DNA of 64,000 nucleotides from Albugo candida (Eukaryota): NCBI GenBank assembly GCA_040437565.1, contig JBDOQK010000015.1, positions 62,001 to 126,000 of the forward strand, read 5' to 3'. Shown piece by piece: positions 12,985 to 26,400 of this stretch (position 1 is its first letter; each line of letters starts with the position of its first letter). The notes under the pieces were generated by a model. It saw only the letters and a program-made list of their open reading frames with translations, ran no database searches and was not told where the DNA came from. The position numbers and the translations under genes were made by a program.

Positions 12985-15900
12985 TTAGAGTGAGAATCCT
13001 CGAGTATCTCTTCGTTTCGACACAGTCTTCATTTCCGTCTCTTTCGAAATTGCTTCTTCTTTCCATTCTTCAAGCTGACGCTTTCTTGTTCGTCCGTAAA
13101 AATACTGCTTCATTTGCTCGCGTGGGATCCTCGATGCACGGACTTTGCTTTGGCTTGTGATTGGTAATAGGAAGTAGACGAGTGAAGAGCCAATTCGAAT
13201 CGAATCTCTTGAGCACAATCGCATTGGAGAAGACGAAAATGTATGTGGTTGGCCGTTCACAAAGATCGATGCCTTCGGGCTCAGGCTCTTGATGACAAAG
13301 TATCGACTCTGTGGGTTCCATGAAATGAGAGCATGACCGTGTGCAATGTCGGTGTGATTTCCCATATGACACGAGACCAATCCACCAGACAGTCCATTTA
13401 GTACACTAATACCGAGCTCTTGGTACAATCTCTGCCATTGTGTGCTCAAACGACCAAGGATGGCAAATGGCTGCATCAGATAGCAGCAACTGTCGATTCC
13501 CTATACACAAGCACATCAGAAAGTGAATGGTGATGCATCAACTCGATGCCACTGACCTGAAGTTTGGCGAATGCTTTTGGCTCCCGTTTCAGCTTGGGAG
13601 ATGTCATACTCGCAGACAACAGTCCAAACTGGAAAGATGGTTGTAAAAACATTCGACACGCCTTTTGCATCCATCGTCTGCTTGCGAATGACATTTGTAA
13701 GGATCCATCGTCTGTTTGATGCTCAAATGCCGAATGTAGATGAACTTGCTTTTCGGAACTGAAGCAAGCGGGACACATGGAGCATGAGAATGTCAGCTTT
13801 GAAGATATCATGACTTGACATTCCTGTATCAGAGTCAGATTCCGTGTCTCGAAGTCTTCCAGATCCTGGAGAATACCATAAGAAATGGAGCTTTCAGGCG
13901 CAGACTCTTGACCGAGCTGGTGAGACGTCATCAGAGTATCCTGACGGAAGACATCAAGGTGTGGGTCCGATTTCTCATCCTCTCGAACAGGATTCAGCAT
14001 GACAATTTTGGGCGCAACACATTTCCGATTCTTACACGATTGCTTCCTCAATCCAGGTCCGCCGTACTTTTTCATATCAAGACAATGACGGCATTTCAGA
14101 CAATCTGGAGCGCGACATCCAATGCATTTGCCACATCGCATCACACGTGTCCTCACCATCTTCCCACCGGCTCCCATTCTTGTCCCAACAGTGTACGAAT
14201 CGCTGCATGTATCGTCATTGAACTCGGCCGAATACATAAGCCTTTCTTGGTCGTGTAACTCTAAATCAGAGTTCAAAAGAGATGGCATGGAGTCTCCTAT
14301 TCTTCCCATACTGTCGGAGTCACGATCACTTTCTTGGGAGGAACAAGCGAGAAACTCTTCTCGCCCTCGGTCATTCGACTCGCCTTGGTCATCTTTGCAG
14401 TCGAGTGTGGCCTCTTCTTTGCATTTGAAGCCCATCTTCTCGCTCGAATTGGCTGAAGGATCTCCGACCGCGACACCACCTTTTGAATTGAGACACTTGC
14501 GGTATTTGCATGACTGTTTACGAAGCCCTGGACCGCCATACTTCTTCATGTCTTTGCAGTGACCACAACGCATACAGTCCTCCGAGAGACAGCCGGCACA
14601 TTTTCCACATCGACTGATACGTTTCCTTGTCGATCCGCTCGTCGAGTGTTTTCCAATCAGTTTCTTGACGCCCTGAATACGTGGTGAGCAAGGAACCATC
14701 TAGCTGCTTGTAATCAATGTACCTTGTTGGCGGCTGGCAGAGTAGCGGGAAAGCCAAGTGTTGTTATGGTCGGTCTATGGACAGGAAGCACGTCATGTCG
14801 ATTGATAGTATTCGGATTCAGCCTGTGGTCTGAGCTGCTTGGTGCGTGGTGACATGCGACGATATTTTGTGCCAGAATTTGCTCACAGGAGATCGTATTA
14901 CGCTTCATGGTGATCTCGTTCTGCAGCATAGAGTGCGTCACAGCTTCTTTTTCTCCATTCAAATTGGTTTTCTCCTGCACGCCCTTGTGAAATGATAGCT
15001 GATTCTCCCCGATTGTAAACTTTTTCAATTCAGCAACAAGAAGTGTCACACATTCCCGACTGAAAGCAGCGCAATTCCATGCCTTTAGACATCGTGGTCA
15101 CGTGTCAATGATGCGAGAATATTGGAAAGATACGTACCATGAGCTTTTCTCGCGAGCAGAATAGAGATGGAATTACAAACTGGAGCATGAGTCGTACATC
15201 GGGTGCATTCTTCTCGTCAGCGATCAATATCTTTTGTCGACAAGGAAGAGTAAGTAACTCACACCATTTATCATGAAAGTGATCATCGTCTGTCAGTCGC
15301 ATCGCTTCATCCATAACGATTATATGCCATCTGTCAAAATGGAATTGGTTGATGGATTCCAGCACTATATCATACGTCGTCAATACGAAATGGGCTTTGG
15401 CGTCATTTGCTCGGAAATACTGATCTGTCAGTGTTTTTCGAATGAGTTTTTGATTCTCAATGCTTCCAAAATACGAGTGATAACAAACATCTTTGGCTTG
15501 TGCCTGTAGTAGAGAATTCCACGACATCAAATCGTTCGCGTTTGATATCACAAGAAAAGGCAAACAGCTTTTCTTTCGCAGTGATAGGAGATGCTCTAGT
15601 ATCTTCAGAATCACACAATCAATCAGCGTTGATGCTCTCAGAATGAATCGTGACAAACCTTTTTCGAATCCGATGCTCTTGTTCCATCACCAGCAACGCT
15701 GATACAATTCAGTCCTTTGCTGTAAAGTAAGTGCAATTTCTGACCATCGATGGATCGATCCGAAGGACCTTCTGTATCAGTATGTCGATCTGAACATCGG
15801 CTTGGAACAAGTCTACTCCATGATTCACTTTGCACGTCTGTGAGCGAATTGTTGCAAAATGGATTCATAGTTTTCTCCGTCTGCACGTCGACATGGGACG

Positions 15901-17316
15901 GACTTGGCAGGCTTTTGTCTCTGTACTCCCAAACGGATTTGCTTCGTACTCTGAGAAGCGTTTGTGAGGAGGGAAAGACTGATCTCACTGGTGTTTTGAT
16001 TCACAAACCTTTCTGTTTCCGCCTGAAAATCACAAAGCGCACGCCGATGCTCACGTACAACCACGCGAGATGTCACTTTGGCAGCCTCAAATACCACCGG
16101 AGCAATGTTGAGGGCGGGAAGTGTTTGATTTGGATCCGCTTCTGGCAAGACGTTTTGCACGAAAAGTTGAAGCTCACACAGAAGAAAGGCATTCAACGAG
16201 GAGGCTGACGGGGTCAAAAGGCCGAGCGTTGTCAGCAGTTGATCTGGTTCGCCAGCCTTATCGTGTTCAATCTCTTGTTCTTGTGTAGCCTTCCCTTCGA
16301 CTGAATTCCTTGTTTGCTGGACGATGGATAATTTATGCTGATCCATCGATTTTAGAACCACTTCTTCACGCTTTCTGGCGTCAATTTTCGCACAGGAAAG
16401 CGCTAGTGTTTTCAAAGTTGCCAATTTCATGTTGTAATTTTTTGCTTTTACGATAGAATTCTTCCTCGCTTGATGAGCGACTTCTTTGACCCAGTACTCC
16501 TGACTCTTCTGCTTCCAATCGGCGTCATTCGGTTGAATAACTGTTTTCTGACCATTTCGAAGTAGCGCTACATGAGCTCTGCAAAATGACAATCAATTTC
16601 GTATCGACATTTTCACCAGTAAACATTTTTACTCTTTCAAATCTTGGCGCCAGTTCGAGTTCTTTGGACATATTCTCAGTACATGTGGTTGTGTGGGAGC
16701 ACGGGCACTCACATGAAGTGTTTCGAGGTCCACGGTGGCTCCATCTTTTGCGTTTTGCCCTATTGCATTTTTTTTCCCTAAAGAGAGTTGTAATTCGATC
16801 GCATCAAACAATTGCTGTTCTCGTTTTTGAGAAGCAATTGGCGGCTTAAAGACGTCCTCTTCGCTTCCTTTAGAGCCTTCAGCATGTTTTCTTGGTGGAA
16901 ATACGGTATCAAAGTTCGCGTCAGCGGGTACTGCATCGTATACGTTGCCGAAGGGAATGCCTTTTGTCGAAATTTTAGCATTTACTTTTGAAATTTGTTT
17001 CAATTCAATAGCAATTCTCAGCTTTTCAATAAAGAAATGCGAAGACGAATCGTTTTCCAATCTTTTGCACAGAAATTAGTGGAATTTGTGCATATTATGG
17101 TCTTCTTACCCAAAGTCATTGCAGCCGCTAGAGCTTGACGTACTTATTCTCTCAACAATTTGGCTATAAAAATGGAAGAAGAAATGCAAGGAATACAAAA
17201 TTCGTTGCTCAATTGTCTTACCGTGGATGCAGTAGGTCATCTTTACGATTCAACGGCGCAGAAACGTTCCCGAATCGGGCGCATGTCGGGAGATCAAGAA
17301 GCGAAGAATCCGTCAT
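12985..17316 (-). CDS. Multidomain chromatin protein: INO80-like DBINO/HSA + degenerate SNF2_N + 2x zf-CXXC + C2H2 + FHA
   Basis: In-frame GT-AG junctions link ORFs 16629-17060, 15825-16592, 15638-15988, 15105-15656, 14714-15049, 13476-14699 and 12985-13476, plus two small 5' exons (introns 17164-17221 and 17062-17109). Motifs: PFLVIS, VLTTYD, IIVMDEA, 2x CGKCxGC...DMKKYGGPGLRKQSC, CSMC...HSAFEH, AFAKLQG...ILGR...YFLLP. Confidence 0.8.
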
Positions 17317-17409
17317 TTTTACAGTACCGTACATCACATAAAAGGAAGTCTCGCTATTACATTATGGTTAGCATCGAAATGATCGTCTCAACAAACGACT
17401 CCATTCAGA

Positions 17410-20400
17410 TCAAATGCGCCACAATTGATCGTATAATGTTCGAAGAGACTTTGTAGCACTCTGATTTTCCGGGAAAAAGCTCAGAAAATGTCCAAGTTGT
17501 TGAATCCAAGGCTTTAATGTCTTCGGAAGAGGAATGTTGCACGAATTTGCGAGCTTCACTTGCGCTAAATGGGTGTATCCTTGATTGATACTACCTTGTC
17601 GATTCGCATCTCCACACGTAAGTGCGTATAAGGACACAAATGTATGGAATATCTCATGGCTAAACACTGTGCTGTAGACCAAATTCGCCAACATCAGTAC
17701 ACGCGTTCGTCCTCCTTCCCTCCGGACGCCATACCAAACAAGTTCATCGGTGATGTAATAGAAATCAAAGTATAATTTCCGAAAACTTTCAGAAATTTCC
17801 ATTGGAGAATCCTTTTGCGCCGACGAGCATTCTTTAGAGTCTACCGATTCCTTTNNNNNNNNNNNNNNNNNNNNNNNNNNNNNNNNNNNNNNNNNNNNNN
17901 NNNNNNNNNNNNNNNNNNNNNNNNNNNNNNNNNNNNNNNNNNNNNNNNNNNNNNCGTATAAGGACACAAATGTATGGAATATCTCATGGCTAAACACTGT
18001 GCTGTAGACCAAATTCGCCAGCATTAGTACACGCGTTCGTCCTCCTTCCCTCCGGACGCCATACCAAACAAGTTCATCGGTGATGTAATAGAAATCAAAG
18101 TATAATTTCCGAAAACTGTCAGAAATTTCCATTGGAGAATCCTTTTGCGCCGACGTGCATTTTTTAGAGTCTACCGATTCCATTTGTGACAAAGGTGCCA
18201 TTTCATTGACACACGGATGGCTCTGAAGATGCGCGTCGACACGCTCCAAGATTGCCGCTAATCGACAAGCGGAAGCGATGAGTATGGATCTGGCTTTGGT
18301 TGGGGTCTGCATCGAAGTTGTTTTGTCCAATACGTTTGCGTCCATTCCGTTTGGATCGTGAATATTGATACAATTTGCTTTCTCCATATCGCCAAACTGG
18401 ACGAGTATCATGTGCCAAATCTTTTGATATTGCTACAAGAACAAGAGTTCTGTCAGTATCCAGCTATTTAGTAAATACAAAGATGGATCCCGTTCTACCT
18501 GTAGAAACTGTGCAATAGTGTCCTCCAGAGCCGACAGCGAATAGCTCTCCGAGACGCTTGGTGGGATGCAATACGTCGCAATGTTACTACACAAAAGCGT
18601 TGAGTTTCAAGCACAGACTGTTTGAGTGGGGAAATTGGACCTGCAGGAAAAGCACGTGGTGATATGATAATGTTCTGCGAATTGATTTACGTTGTACAAC
18701 GCAATGTGCTCCTTGATGCTATGGTCCCACAATTGCCGATGTTTCCAAAGCGATACAAAATCGGGCTGCACGCAAAGTACCACAGAGGCCAAAGGTGGAA
18801 GCAAGAAGCACAGCGGTGGTAGATTTGGAAGGTTTGCAAATTCTGCAACCTCCATGTCGACGTCATTTTGAAGGAGTCGAACGATTGATACACGGAAAAA
18901 TAAGCTGTTATTGCGGACAGCAATATGTGCCGATTTCTCACCACTGGTGTTTTGAACCATGAGGTATCGTTCCGTGTCGATACCCCGAGCGTTCGCTCCT
19001 TGTGCAGCAATATTCAGTGCCGTCTCGAGTGTCCATGAAAAGGCTTCAGGAACAGCAAATACAATTCCAAGAAATGATTTTCGACGGGAATCACTGTGCT
19101 GCTTCAATGTCGCGTGAGAAGAGCTTTGAGACTCGAGTTCAGCAAGCTGATGATCATACTTCCCGTTGTTGTCGAATTTGATATCGGTATTGCTCACAAA
19201 GACCAGCAATTGGGGCGGTTTACACAGAGCGCGAAGTATAACGGTCTCTCGAAAGTCTCGAACAAGACGACAGCTCACATACATTTCAATTTCGCGATTC
19301 CAATCCTCCGAATTGATACATTTGCTTTTCCCCGCTCCGTTGACGACGTCGACGCCGTTGAAAGACTCGTTTTGTGGCTGTGGTCTAAAGTGCAAAAACA
19401 CTTGGACACGTACGTGGGCAGGAAGTGTCACTGTTGAGATCTCTTTGAAGGAGGTGGGAGATACCGAAAAGCTCAATTCTTGCGGACGAGCATTACTGGA
19501 CAGCATGAAATCCAAATGTAAATCGGATGCATTTTCAAGCACAATCGAGTGATTGTGATACAATTTGTAGTAATACACTTCGCCGTATTCGACCACAAGC
19601 GTTTGTAGAGGCTTTTTGGAACCAATACCTTCTTCCTCTTCTTGTGTTTCGTAGCGCGAAAGCTCGTGGATTCGATTTTTTCGCTTTGTGGAATTATGAT
19701 ATTGCTGAGAGACCAATACGCGAAATAGATTTGGATCCGCATCGTTTCCATTCGGCAAATTCGAGCTCAAACTTCGAAGAAGATTTAAATCTGTCACGAC
19801 CTCGAAACGAACATGAATGATCTTCAAGTCAACTGCGTTCGTGAGGTTCTGTAGGACCAAATAGGTCGAGTACACGCCAACAGCATCGCGTAAGAAATGG
19901 AGGACTACTGTCTGATAGGCACAAGCTCGAGTCAAAGTGCCTCGATCTCTGCTTAAGCGAAGCCATGAACGCGCTTGAACGTCAGCTGTTCGAAGTTGAA
20001 AGTCGACTGGCTCCAGTGTGTACGCACCCATCTTCCCAGGTCCTTCATAGGCGCACTCGATTGTGATTTCCCATTCAATTTCACCGCCATTTCGAACAGT
20101 ATGCTGTCCAAGATCAATCACATAGCGTGTGTGTTCTAATTTCGAGTTGGACACAGGAGTGCATCCACGAAGCTCCAATTGCGCATTCCATGAAGATTGG
20201 CTCACGACGTTAGCACCATCGACATTCTCAACATCCAATTCGTCATGAGCGCTTGCAAGCTGTTGATTTAATTCAGTGCCGACGATTGGAAGCACAAATG
20301 CGCTTTTCTCTGATCGACGATTTGCTCTCAATTGTGCTCCAAGATCTTCGTCTGGGCTACCTAGACTGCTTCCAGCCACAATCTCACCTCCACACTGCTG

Positions 20401-23400
20401 CTCCAAGCTGACGGTCGATTCACACAATGCCAAAGGCATATCCGTACTCTGTCCAGCTTGTAATATCACATGAATATCGATTTCACATCCCAGTCCGATC
20501 ATACTTGTACCATCTCCATCGACGTCTCTGGCGATCAATTTCAGGTGGAGATAAGTATCAGGCGCTCGTTTCTCAAAAGCGGTGTAATCGGCGCCCCAAG
20601 AATTACTACGCCAGGTTGGATGATGGCGTAATGCACGTAATTGCGATTGCATCATAAGCTGATGACCCGAGTGCTCATATGGATGTCGTACATCCCCGGT
20701 GGAATCATTTACTTCAGATAGGAATTGCATGGCCGTATCAGCTGAAACCTGTTCCAAAGCCACTGAAATCTTGAGCGAGTCGAGCGGAGCAATCGTGCCA
20801 TAATTCGGTGTTGGAATTGCCTGGACGTATTCGTAGATTCCATGCATACTTTCTCCATTCGATCCGACTTGGAGGCGATACCCCGAGGAATAGATCGGAT
20901 AGCTATCAATCACAAATTTCACCGAGTCACTTTCACTGAGATTACTGAGCCAAAATGATTCCATTTTATTGCGAAGAGCGTACGACACTCCCTCTGACTT
21001 GACACCAGTCAACGTAGCGTCATCGGATTCATTTGTGGTGTCCAAAATTGTCGTTTGCATACAAAGTTTCTTTGGATCATTCTCTGACTCGGATTCCTGA
21101 ACTGGAATGGCGTAAAAATGAAGTGCAGAGACCGATGTAGACAGCGTTCGACCACGCAGGATACGGCCACAAATCTGGATTTTCCTCTTCTCCGAGCCAC
21201 ATGAGGATCCTTCGGGTCTCATTTCCAAGTACACTTTACCCAAATCAAACAGCTCGCTACTGATAGAAGTTGGATCCTCTCCGACTTGACATTTCTCCAA
21301 CAGATTCGGAGAAAGTCGTGCTGAAGACGAAAGTCGACAAACGACGCGAACATCGATGAATTCATCCGGCTTCAGGCATAGACGATCAAGCGGCGTGTTG
21401 GAAGATCTCGAATAGATCAAGAATTCGAGGATCCTACACAAGAGCGATTCTTAATTGAGTTTGAGACAGAAAGGAGACAATGGTACCCTGTGAACAATCT
21501 CTTTGGTCGGCACGTTATCGTAATGTCCATATCTTGATCGTACACATTCCTAATGGAGAACCAAAAGTTACAGCCGTGCCCCGAGTGAGTGTCACGTTTC
21601 GGTGGGATCGTTATCGGTGGAAGATAAACGACAGTGGACGCTGAGGTGCCTAAAGCCTCGTTCGTGTTTTCTGGGTCCATCACAAGTTCCAAGTATTCTG
21701 CGAGAAACGAGGCTTTGACTTTGAGTCTTTGCTGATTGCTTGGATTCAACAAATTTATGATTCGGATATCAAAGGTGTAATTCCCGGGTACAAATGCCTG
21801 TCAGAGATGGAGAATCAGCCGTTGAAATAGATGAGATTCATTGACAAACCTCTTTCCAATTCAATTGAAATGTGATCAGAGTTTCTTGAGCTGCTTCGAC
21901 TTCCCAAACAAACATCTTCTCCGCTTCCAAAGAGAGAGACTCGGTACAAGCTCGAAGTGCCAGAGCCTGTAGCGATACCATTTCTTTCGAAGCCATTGTA
22001 TCCATTTCCGATAGTGGAAGCGCTTTAGCGTTCCGCACATTTTTGATCGTGATCAGAGAAGGATCGTATTGGAGTGCAAAGAAAACGGTGATCTCTGACG
22101 TGTTTCGTATAGGAATATCAAAAAGTGGGGATTTCCACTTTGAAAATGGACCAAATTTGCCGAGAGAGATAGAATCATCCTGCAGACTGAGTTTTGGCTC
22201 TCCAAGGAATCCTTCGAGCTTCAAGACTTTGAGTGTGCTGGATTCCATACCTTTGGCATAATTTTGTTGCGATGGAGAAGATTGGATCTTTTTTGAAGCT
22301 GTTCCAAAGCTTTGGATCATCAACATACCAGAAAATCGATATAATTGACCCGCTTCGATGATTTTCGATGTTTCTGCTGAAAGTATGATATCATGAGCAA
22401 ATCGTATGGAAAGATAATATTCCTTTTTGGGCTGCAGAACGATAACTTGTCCGACGTGCATTTTGGTAGAGGAAGCGATGCCGATGTGTTGTCTTTGTGC
22501 GTCGATTTGTGCTCCTTGTAGCATTTCATCAGAGCAGAAAGTGACTGCAGTCGACCCAGAATTCATGACGGACGATTTTGTCATATCGCTTTGGAAGGTG
22601 AGAGGTATAGTGCTCAATGGACGAACCCACAAAGGACGTGAAGATGTGTTTGAAAGCACAATGACACGTGCAAGACTCGGACCAAAAATCCGTCGCTCTA
22701 TAGCAGATGGAGCACATCCATGATCGAGAATTCGGTAATGTGTCGATAGCGATGTGCTTTCTTCACTCAAACACGCGCGATGCTCTTCCTTGACCACACG
22801 AACGACACCAAAATGGACCAAACTTTGGGTGTCAAGTTCTCGTCTTGTATTTTTATCATTTCCAGCCACAATTCGCGTCCTGATGGCTCCACTATCCACG
22901 AAAAGGATAAGTTGCACGACAAGAACACGTTCTGAAGAATGCACATTGAAAACACGAATCTCACGTTGGAAGAATCCCGTCGTATGAGCTAACACGCTGA
23001 ACGATACAGTAATCATTTGGCCTGGTGGTATTTCGCCCTCGGTCACGTGTAAATTGATCTCCAAAGCCTCTTCATCGTCGCTGTAATCACCTCGACTACC
23101 TGACCGAACCAAGCGATAATGTAATGGTAAGCCTTTACTGATATTGATGATATCAAACTCGCCATGATGCGCTCGAGAATGCTTTGATTTCGAGTACCGT
23201 TTTTCCGTCCCGAAATCAATCAATTGTTTGGACACTTCAAACAGACTCGAGCCTGCAATTCCAGCGAATTTGATGGTGAATTCGGCTACCATACCGCTTC
23301 GATTGTTTGCTGTCGACATATCAGAAGGTGAAGTTTCCAACTCATTGGTATGCTCAAAGATTTGAACGCGTATCCCACCGACAATTTCTCTCACAGCTCC

Positions 23401-26400
23401 GGATCGAAGTGCGTCTACAGGAATGCGAGGACGAACAGCGATATACAGGTCCACAGTTTGCATTCCTTTGACTGCGATATGTGATGCTTGCTTCTGAAGT
23501 TTTGCATCCTCAAAGATGTAGCATTGAGTTTTCAAGTTGGATGTGGCGCATAGAACCAAAGTCTGTTCTACTTGACTGTGTAGAGCGAGTCGACGGACTT
23601 TGCTGAACTTTGCTGATCGACATGGGCTGTCCGGAACAAGTAGCTCGTATGACTCGGGTGTGATGTAAAAGTGGCCAAAATTCAGTACATTGAGCTTCCC
23701 TGTAAATTCTGGATCAAGTTCGGGAATTCGAACGTACACAGGCCGTATCACATGCACACTGACAGTAATTTGCGCGGAATCCATTCGATCACAGAGATTT
23801 CGAATGACGATTTGTTCTTCTTGCTTACCGAGGTTACTAGCCACATACACAAATTGGAGTGTCATATCGGAGCCGCCTTTGATTCGCCCGGTCGATTGTG
23901 GGAATGTCACACAGCTTGCTTTCTCATTCGGTGGAGTTGTGATGGGATCATGATCGTGAGCCTGTGTGTGTTCTTTGTCTTTATACTGTGTCTTTGCAAG
24001 CAGAATGAAATCTACACATTGTGTCGAACGATTGTGTAGCACGAATTCTCCATTGTACGTCATGTTGTGTTGCTGTTCTCCGACATCGATGTGTTGCTTG
24101 TCGACTTGCAATCGACCATGAATGGCTTTGCCTACGTATACGTCGATATATCGAGATTGAGTGCTCTGATTCTTTGCTTTGTGGGAGGTCGATGCTTTCA
24201 CGGTCAAAGTTGCGTTGGGCTCGGACAAGACTCGGAACCATAATCTTCCAGCTTTGATTTCGGAATGCTTGCAGATACGTTCGTGTAATGATCGACTGAT
24301 TGCGGTGGATAAGACCGTGGATGGCGCATACCCGGCAACAGAAGCGTATTTCCATCGCAATCGTATTTTCTCTGGTTGGGCGTTCAGTACGAAGGTGAGT
24401 GGGAGCTTTGTCTCAACATTCTTGTCGTCTTGGAGCGATCCGAGATGATCAGAGGTGGTCAAAGACTGAGATGATAGTTGAAGCAAGTTTTTGAATACAT
24501 CGACTGGCTGCCAGGAAGCTTCCACTAGAAGATTTGAAGACGCAAGAGGATTCAGATGAGGTGCATCGAGGGCTAACGTCCAACCGCTCGTTGAGACTGG
24601 CGACTCCTCTAATGAGATAAGTAAATTGGAACCCGTTAATCGCGCCAGGAAATCATCTTCTTGAACTCGTACAAGAAGCTTGACGGGTGTAGTGTCCAAC
24701 GGAAGCTGTTTTTTGCGTCCATGGTCACGATACGTACCTTCAGCTCCTTGTCTCGATCGATTCCGAGAAAGCTCTGTTCGCTTTGGACTGCATGAAGCAT
24801 TCTCGAGATCTCGTTTCGTGCGGAGAAAGCTCGAAATCGGTGGCAGTGGCGCCTTTGCTGGAGTCGATTTGTGCACTCCTTCATTGATGGGAATCCCGTG
24901 GGAGATATCAGCTTGATACACCAATTCTTTGACAACGTCTTTGTTTTGTTGCTCGTACAATAAGAGTTTTCCGTATCCGGAAGTAAGTATTGGGTCTTTG
25001 CGACTATGATGCTTGCCGGTTCTCCCGCGAGAGATACGTTGATACGGAGTAGCAGCTACAGGTGCTTCCATGCTTGTATCGGTCTTGGACGATTCTTCAT
25101 TTTGACTCCTTGAATTCTCTAGACTGACGCGTTGGAATAGAGCCCGCATATGTATTCGAGCTACAGCTTCTGACTCGAGAGAGAAGAAAAAGTTGTTGAC
25201 ACTTTCTGTGCTCTCTTGTGGGCAAATCGAGCCATCTTTGACTTCATGACCGATTTGCTTGCATTTGTCACAAAAAAGAGACTTCATCCGAAGCAAGCTG
25301 CGTCGATGTTGTGATGTGAGTGCAAATTCAGAGTCGGAGTAGTCAGATTCACTGTTCATGCTGTCGTACAGCTCCGTACAACCAGTTTTGTCGGATGAAT
25401 CGCAATCTCGCTCCTCCGCGTTCAATGAATTCTGATCGCCACTTATAAGGGCTGTCACTTGTTTTATTTTGCTTTGAATTCGAGCAATTTTGTCGTTCTT
25501 TTTCTTTGTTGTCGCGATACGTAATTTATGCTCTAATTTCTCAAGTTCTTCATCCAATTTCTTCTCTTGTGCTTGAGTCAGAGCGGCACTAGGCGCATCG
25601 TTCATGTGAAAAAATAAGGTTGGCGACAAAGTGGCAACGGAGAAACAGCTCGCTGGATCGATTTGAAGAACATAATCTCTTCGTTTTCGACTTGTATTCC
25701 GAACTCGGATTACGATTTCCTCACTTTTTGTATCGAGAAAACACCTTCCAAACGACAATTTCTGCTCGTTATACGACACTTTAAAGGTCTCCGGCTTGGC
25801 CACTTTTGCTTTCATCGTGACTGACACATAGTTTTCAGGATCTTGTACGTTGACGATTTTAAGCTTTTCTTCAAAAGGACCTGGCAAACTCGGCTGAAAT
25901 TGAAAGCAGATCTCTCTCGATCCAAACGCTTTGATAACTCCAACTTCTCCACTTTTAAACTCTAAGAAATCCGATGAGATCGAGCCTGTCTTTTCAACGC
26001 GATAAATCAATGGAAGTACGGTCATATTTTGCACCACAAGCTTTTTGGAACTTTTGGAACAAGTTGTCATTCGACCAAAATTGATATTTTTCTGATTCAC
26101 ATTCAAAATCGATCGTCCAACTCGACTTCGGATGAGCAGTTCACGTACGAGTGGTTTGGGAATTGTATCACAAGTGGAAGACGATGGCCCCGAGAGCGTC
26201 TCGTTCAATATGTGTGCATCGGGAGTCCTGTCCGATGGCAGTGTGATCAAGATCTTGTGTTTTTCCAGCCACAATTTAGAATGATCTTGAGTCTGTTTGC
26301 TTGGAGAGGTATGAGAGATCAGTGTGGCTTCCGGCTCGATAGAGGGCTCAAAAATTGCAACGATACGTTGACGCTTTGTTGCAGGTATTCGCACATTCTT

